Assembly: GCF_964213995.1 (NCBI RefSeq)
Contig: NC_135808.1
Location: 3,658,001 to 3,722,000, forward strand
Direction: 5' to 3'
DNA from: Mustelus asterias
Taxonomy: Eukaryota
DNA length: 64,000 nucleotides
Shown here: positions 60,980 to 64,000 of the stretch, one piece after another
How the letters are laid out: every line of letters starts with the position of its first letter
Position numbering within the stretch: position 1 is the stretch's first letter
The notes under the pieces: generated by a model
Seen by the model: the letters and a program-made list of their open reading frames with translations, nothing else
Databases searched by the model: none
What the model was told of the DNA's origin: nothing
Program-made: the position numbers and the translations under genes

Positions 60980-62550
60980 AACTAGGAGCAGGAATAGGCC
61001 ACTTGGCCTCTCAGGCCTGCAACACCATTCAATAAAATTATGGCTGATCTAATTGTAACTTCAACTCCACATTCCTGCCGATCTCCAATAATCTTTCACC
61101 CCCTTGTTAATCAGGAATCTATCTAACTCTGCCTTAAAAATATTCAAAGGGCTGGATTCTCCAACTTCGCCTGCAACTGGGATTCTCCCTTCCCACTGCA
61201 GTGAAAGGAAATTTTCACTGAGCGCCACATTCTCCATTCTCACTGGCAGAAGCGTCGGGGCATGAACGGCCAGAGAATTCTGGTCAAAGACCACTGCCTT
61301 TCTCCTCATCTCCGTTTTAAATGAGAGACCCTTAGTTTTAACAGTGACCCCTGGTTCTAGATTCTCCAACATCTTTTCCCCATCCACCCTGTCAATACCC
61401 TTAGGACCTTAAGGGTTTATAGAATTTATAGAATCCTACAGTGCAGAAGGAGGCCATTCGGCCCATCGAGTCTGCACTGACCACAATCCCACCAGGCCCT
61501 ATCCCCATAACCACATTAAATTAGTATTTACCCCAGCTAATCCCCCGGATACTAAGGGGCAATTTAGCATGGCCAATCCACCTAACCCGTATATCTTTGG
61601 ATCAAGTCGCCTCCTAACCTTCTAAAACTGTCGTGGATACAAACCTAACCTCTCCAAACCTTCCTCATAAGATAACCTGTCCGTTCCTGACATTAGTCTA
61701 GTAAACCTTCTCTGAATTGCTTCTAACAGATTTAGACCTTTCCTTAAATAAGGAGACCAATACTGTACACAGTCCTCAATTTGTGTTCTGACCAATACCC
61801 TGTACAACTGAAGCATAACCTCCCTACTTTTGTAATCAACTGCCCTCACAATAAATTATAACATCCTATTCTTAGCTTTTCCAATTGCTTGCTTTACCTG
61901 TATGCAGTTCTGGTTATTGAATTACAGGGAAGATGTGGCCGCACTGGAGAGTGCATAGAATTGATTTACAAGGATGTTACCAAGATTTGAGAATTTTAGC
62001 AATGAACCAAGACTGGGGTTGTTTTCTTTAGAACCGAGGAGGTGTTTGAAATTAGGAGGGCCTAGACAGAGTGATGGAAAGGTCCTACTTTACTTAATTA
62101 GCTGGGAGATCAATAACCTGGAGCCATAGATTTAAAATAATTGAAGGATTAGAGGAAATTGAGGAGTAATATTTTAGTCTTTTCACCAATCACAGTGCCT
62201 GAGTGGATGGTAGAAGCAGAATCTCTTATAAAGGTTTAAAAACCACCTGGAAATGCTCTTGAGCTGAAGTAATTTACAGGACGATGGGGTGTGGGTTAGA
62301 TTGGACAGCTTTTCTTTTCAGCAGGTAACCTATTGATGCTTTGATTACAAGTGCAAGTAGACAAGGTTGTGAAGAAGGTATGTGGAATGCACTCCTTCAT
62401 TGGCAGAGGGATAGAAGATAAAAGTAAGGATATAATGTTGGATTTGTATAAAACACTGGTGAGGCCACAACTGGAGTATTGTGCAGTCCTGCTCACCACA
62501 TTACAGAAAGGATGTAATTGTTCTGAAGAGAGGGCAGAGGAAGCAGTGTA
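60980..62550. mobile_element. Cluster of decayed CR1 fragments, a MITE (61149-61285) and a SINE 3' fragment
   Basis: CR1 motifs on both strands (CVQYWSPYLRK, VRPQLEYC); reversed HE1-like tail at ~61415-61600. Confidence 0.7.
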
Positions 62551-64000
62551 GTGAACAAAATGGATGAGCTTAGAGCGTGGATCACTACTTGGAAGTGTGA
62601 TGTGGTGGCCATTACAGAGACTTGGTTATCTCAGGGACAGGACTGGATACTTCAAGTGCCGGGTTTCAGATGTTTCAGGAGGGACAGGGAAGGAGGCAAA
62701 AGAGGTGGGGGAGTGGCACTGTTGATCAGGGATAGTGTCACAGCTGTAGAAAAGATGGACGCCACAGAGGGATTGTCTATGGAATCTCTGTGGGTGGAGG
62801 TTCGCAACAGGAAGGTATCAATAACTTTACTGGGTGTTTTCTATAGGTCGCCCAATAGTCGCAGGGATGTGGAGGAGCAGATTGGGAAGCAGATCCTGGA
62901 GAGATGTGATAATAACAGAGTGGTCGTGATGGGAGATTTTAATTTCCCAAATATCGATTGGAATATCCCTAGGGTAAGGGGTTTAGATGGGGAGGAGTCT
63001 GTTAGGTGTGTTCAGGAGGGCTTCCTGACACAGTATGTGGATAAGCCTACAAGAGGAGAGGCTGTTTTTGATTTGGTATCAGGGAATGAACCTGGGCAGG
63101 TGTCAGATCTCTCAATGGGAGAGCATTTTGGGGATAGTGATCATAACTCTATCTCCTTTACGTTAGCATTGGAGAGAGATAGGATCAGTCAAGCTAGGAA
63201 AGTGTTTATTTGGAGTAAGGGCAATTATGAGGCTATTAGGCAGGAAATTCGAGGCATAAATTGGAAGGAGGTTTTCTCAGGGAAATGTACATAAGAAGTG
63301 TGGCAAATTTTCAAGGAAAATTTGTCTGGAGTTCTGCACAGCAACGTTCCAATGAGACAGGGGAGTTATGGTAGGTTACAGGAACCATGGTGCACGAAAG
63401 CTGTAACGAATTTAGTCAGGAAGAAAAGAAAAGCCTACAAAAGGTTCAGGGAGCTAGGTAATGTTAGAAATCTAGAAGAGTATACGACTAGTAAGAAGGA
63501 ACTAAAGAGGGAAATTAGAAGAGCCAGGAGGGGACAAGAGAAGGCCTTGGCAGACAGGATAAAGGAAAACCCCAAGGCATTCTATAAGTATGTTAAGAGC
63601 AAGAAGATAAGATCTGAAGGAGTGGGACCTATCAAATGTGACGGTGGGAACGTCTGTATAGAACCGGTAGAAATAGCAGAGGTACTCAATGAATACTTTA
63701 CTTCAGTATTCACAGTGGAAAAGGATCTTGGTAGTTGCAGCGCAGACTTGCAGTGGACTGAGAAGATTGAGCATGTGGACATTAGGGGAGAGGATGTGTT
63801 GGAGCTGTTGAAAAGCATCAAGTTAGATAAATCGCCGGGACTGGATGGGATGTGCCCCAGGTTACTGTGGGAGGCGAGGGAAGAGATTGCTGAGCCTCTG
63901 GCGATGATCTTTGCATCATCAATGGAGACGGGAGAGGTTCCGGAGGATTGGAGGATGGCGGATGTGGTTCCATTATTCAAGAAAGGGAGAAGAGATAGCC
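62551..64000 (+). mobile_element. CR1 LINE ORF2 5' part (AP-endonuclease), running off the window, with an in-frame stop at 63292-63294
   Basis: DVVAITETW, RGGGVALLI, MGDFNFP, SDHN motifs; the frame continues to KSPGLDGMCPRLL after the stop. Confidence 0.93.

Overview
Eukaryotic, repeat-dense DNA, most likely from a shark (elasmobranch): it carries HE1-like V-SINEs, HER1-like CR1 LINEs and Deu-domain SINEs, plus a cartilaginous-fish-type MHC class I gene. The only well-supported host gene is a + strand nonclassical MHC class I heavy chain (alpha1, alpha2, alpha3, TM and cytoplasmic exons at 3131-6032; leader not found in the window). Its alpha2 domain lacks both canonical cysteines, and its alpha1 exon is bracketed by two minisatellites. 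Downstream lie an orphan class-I-like promoter plus signal-peptide exon (~15440-15560), an orphan ZNF143-type promoter (~17050) and a truncated TRIM-type B30.2/SPRY exon (20913-21230), consistent with a birth-and-death MHC-like region. The rest is mostly nested transposons: CR1, Rex1/Babar and other LINEs, SINEs, hAT remnants, MITEs and Gypsy LTR elements. Two unexpected RNA-level signals stand out. (1) A young Gypsy element (36922-40170) has no tRNA primer-binding site; instead the PBS position is a perfect 15-nt complement of its own LTR poly(A)-signal region, suggesting self-priming or poly(A) occlusion. (2) Several Penelope-like fragments and fold-back elements carry minimal hammerhead ribozyme motifs with covarying stems. 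All calls were made by eye; family names and repeat boundaries are approximate.
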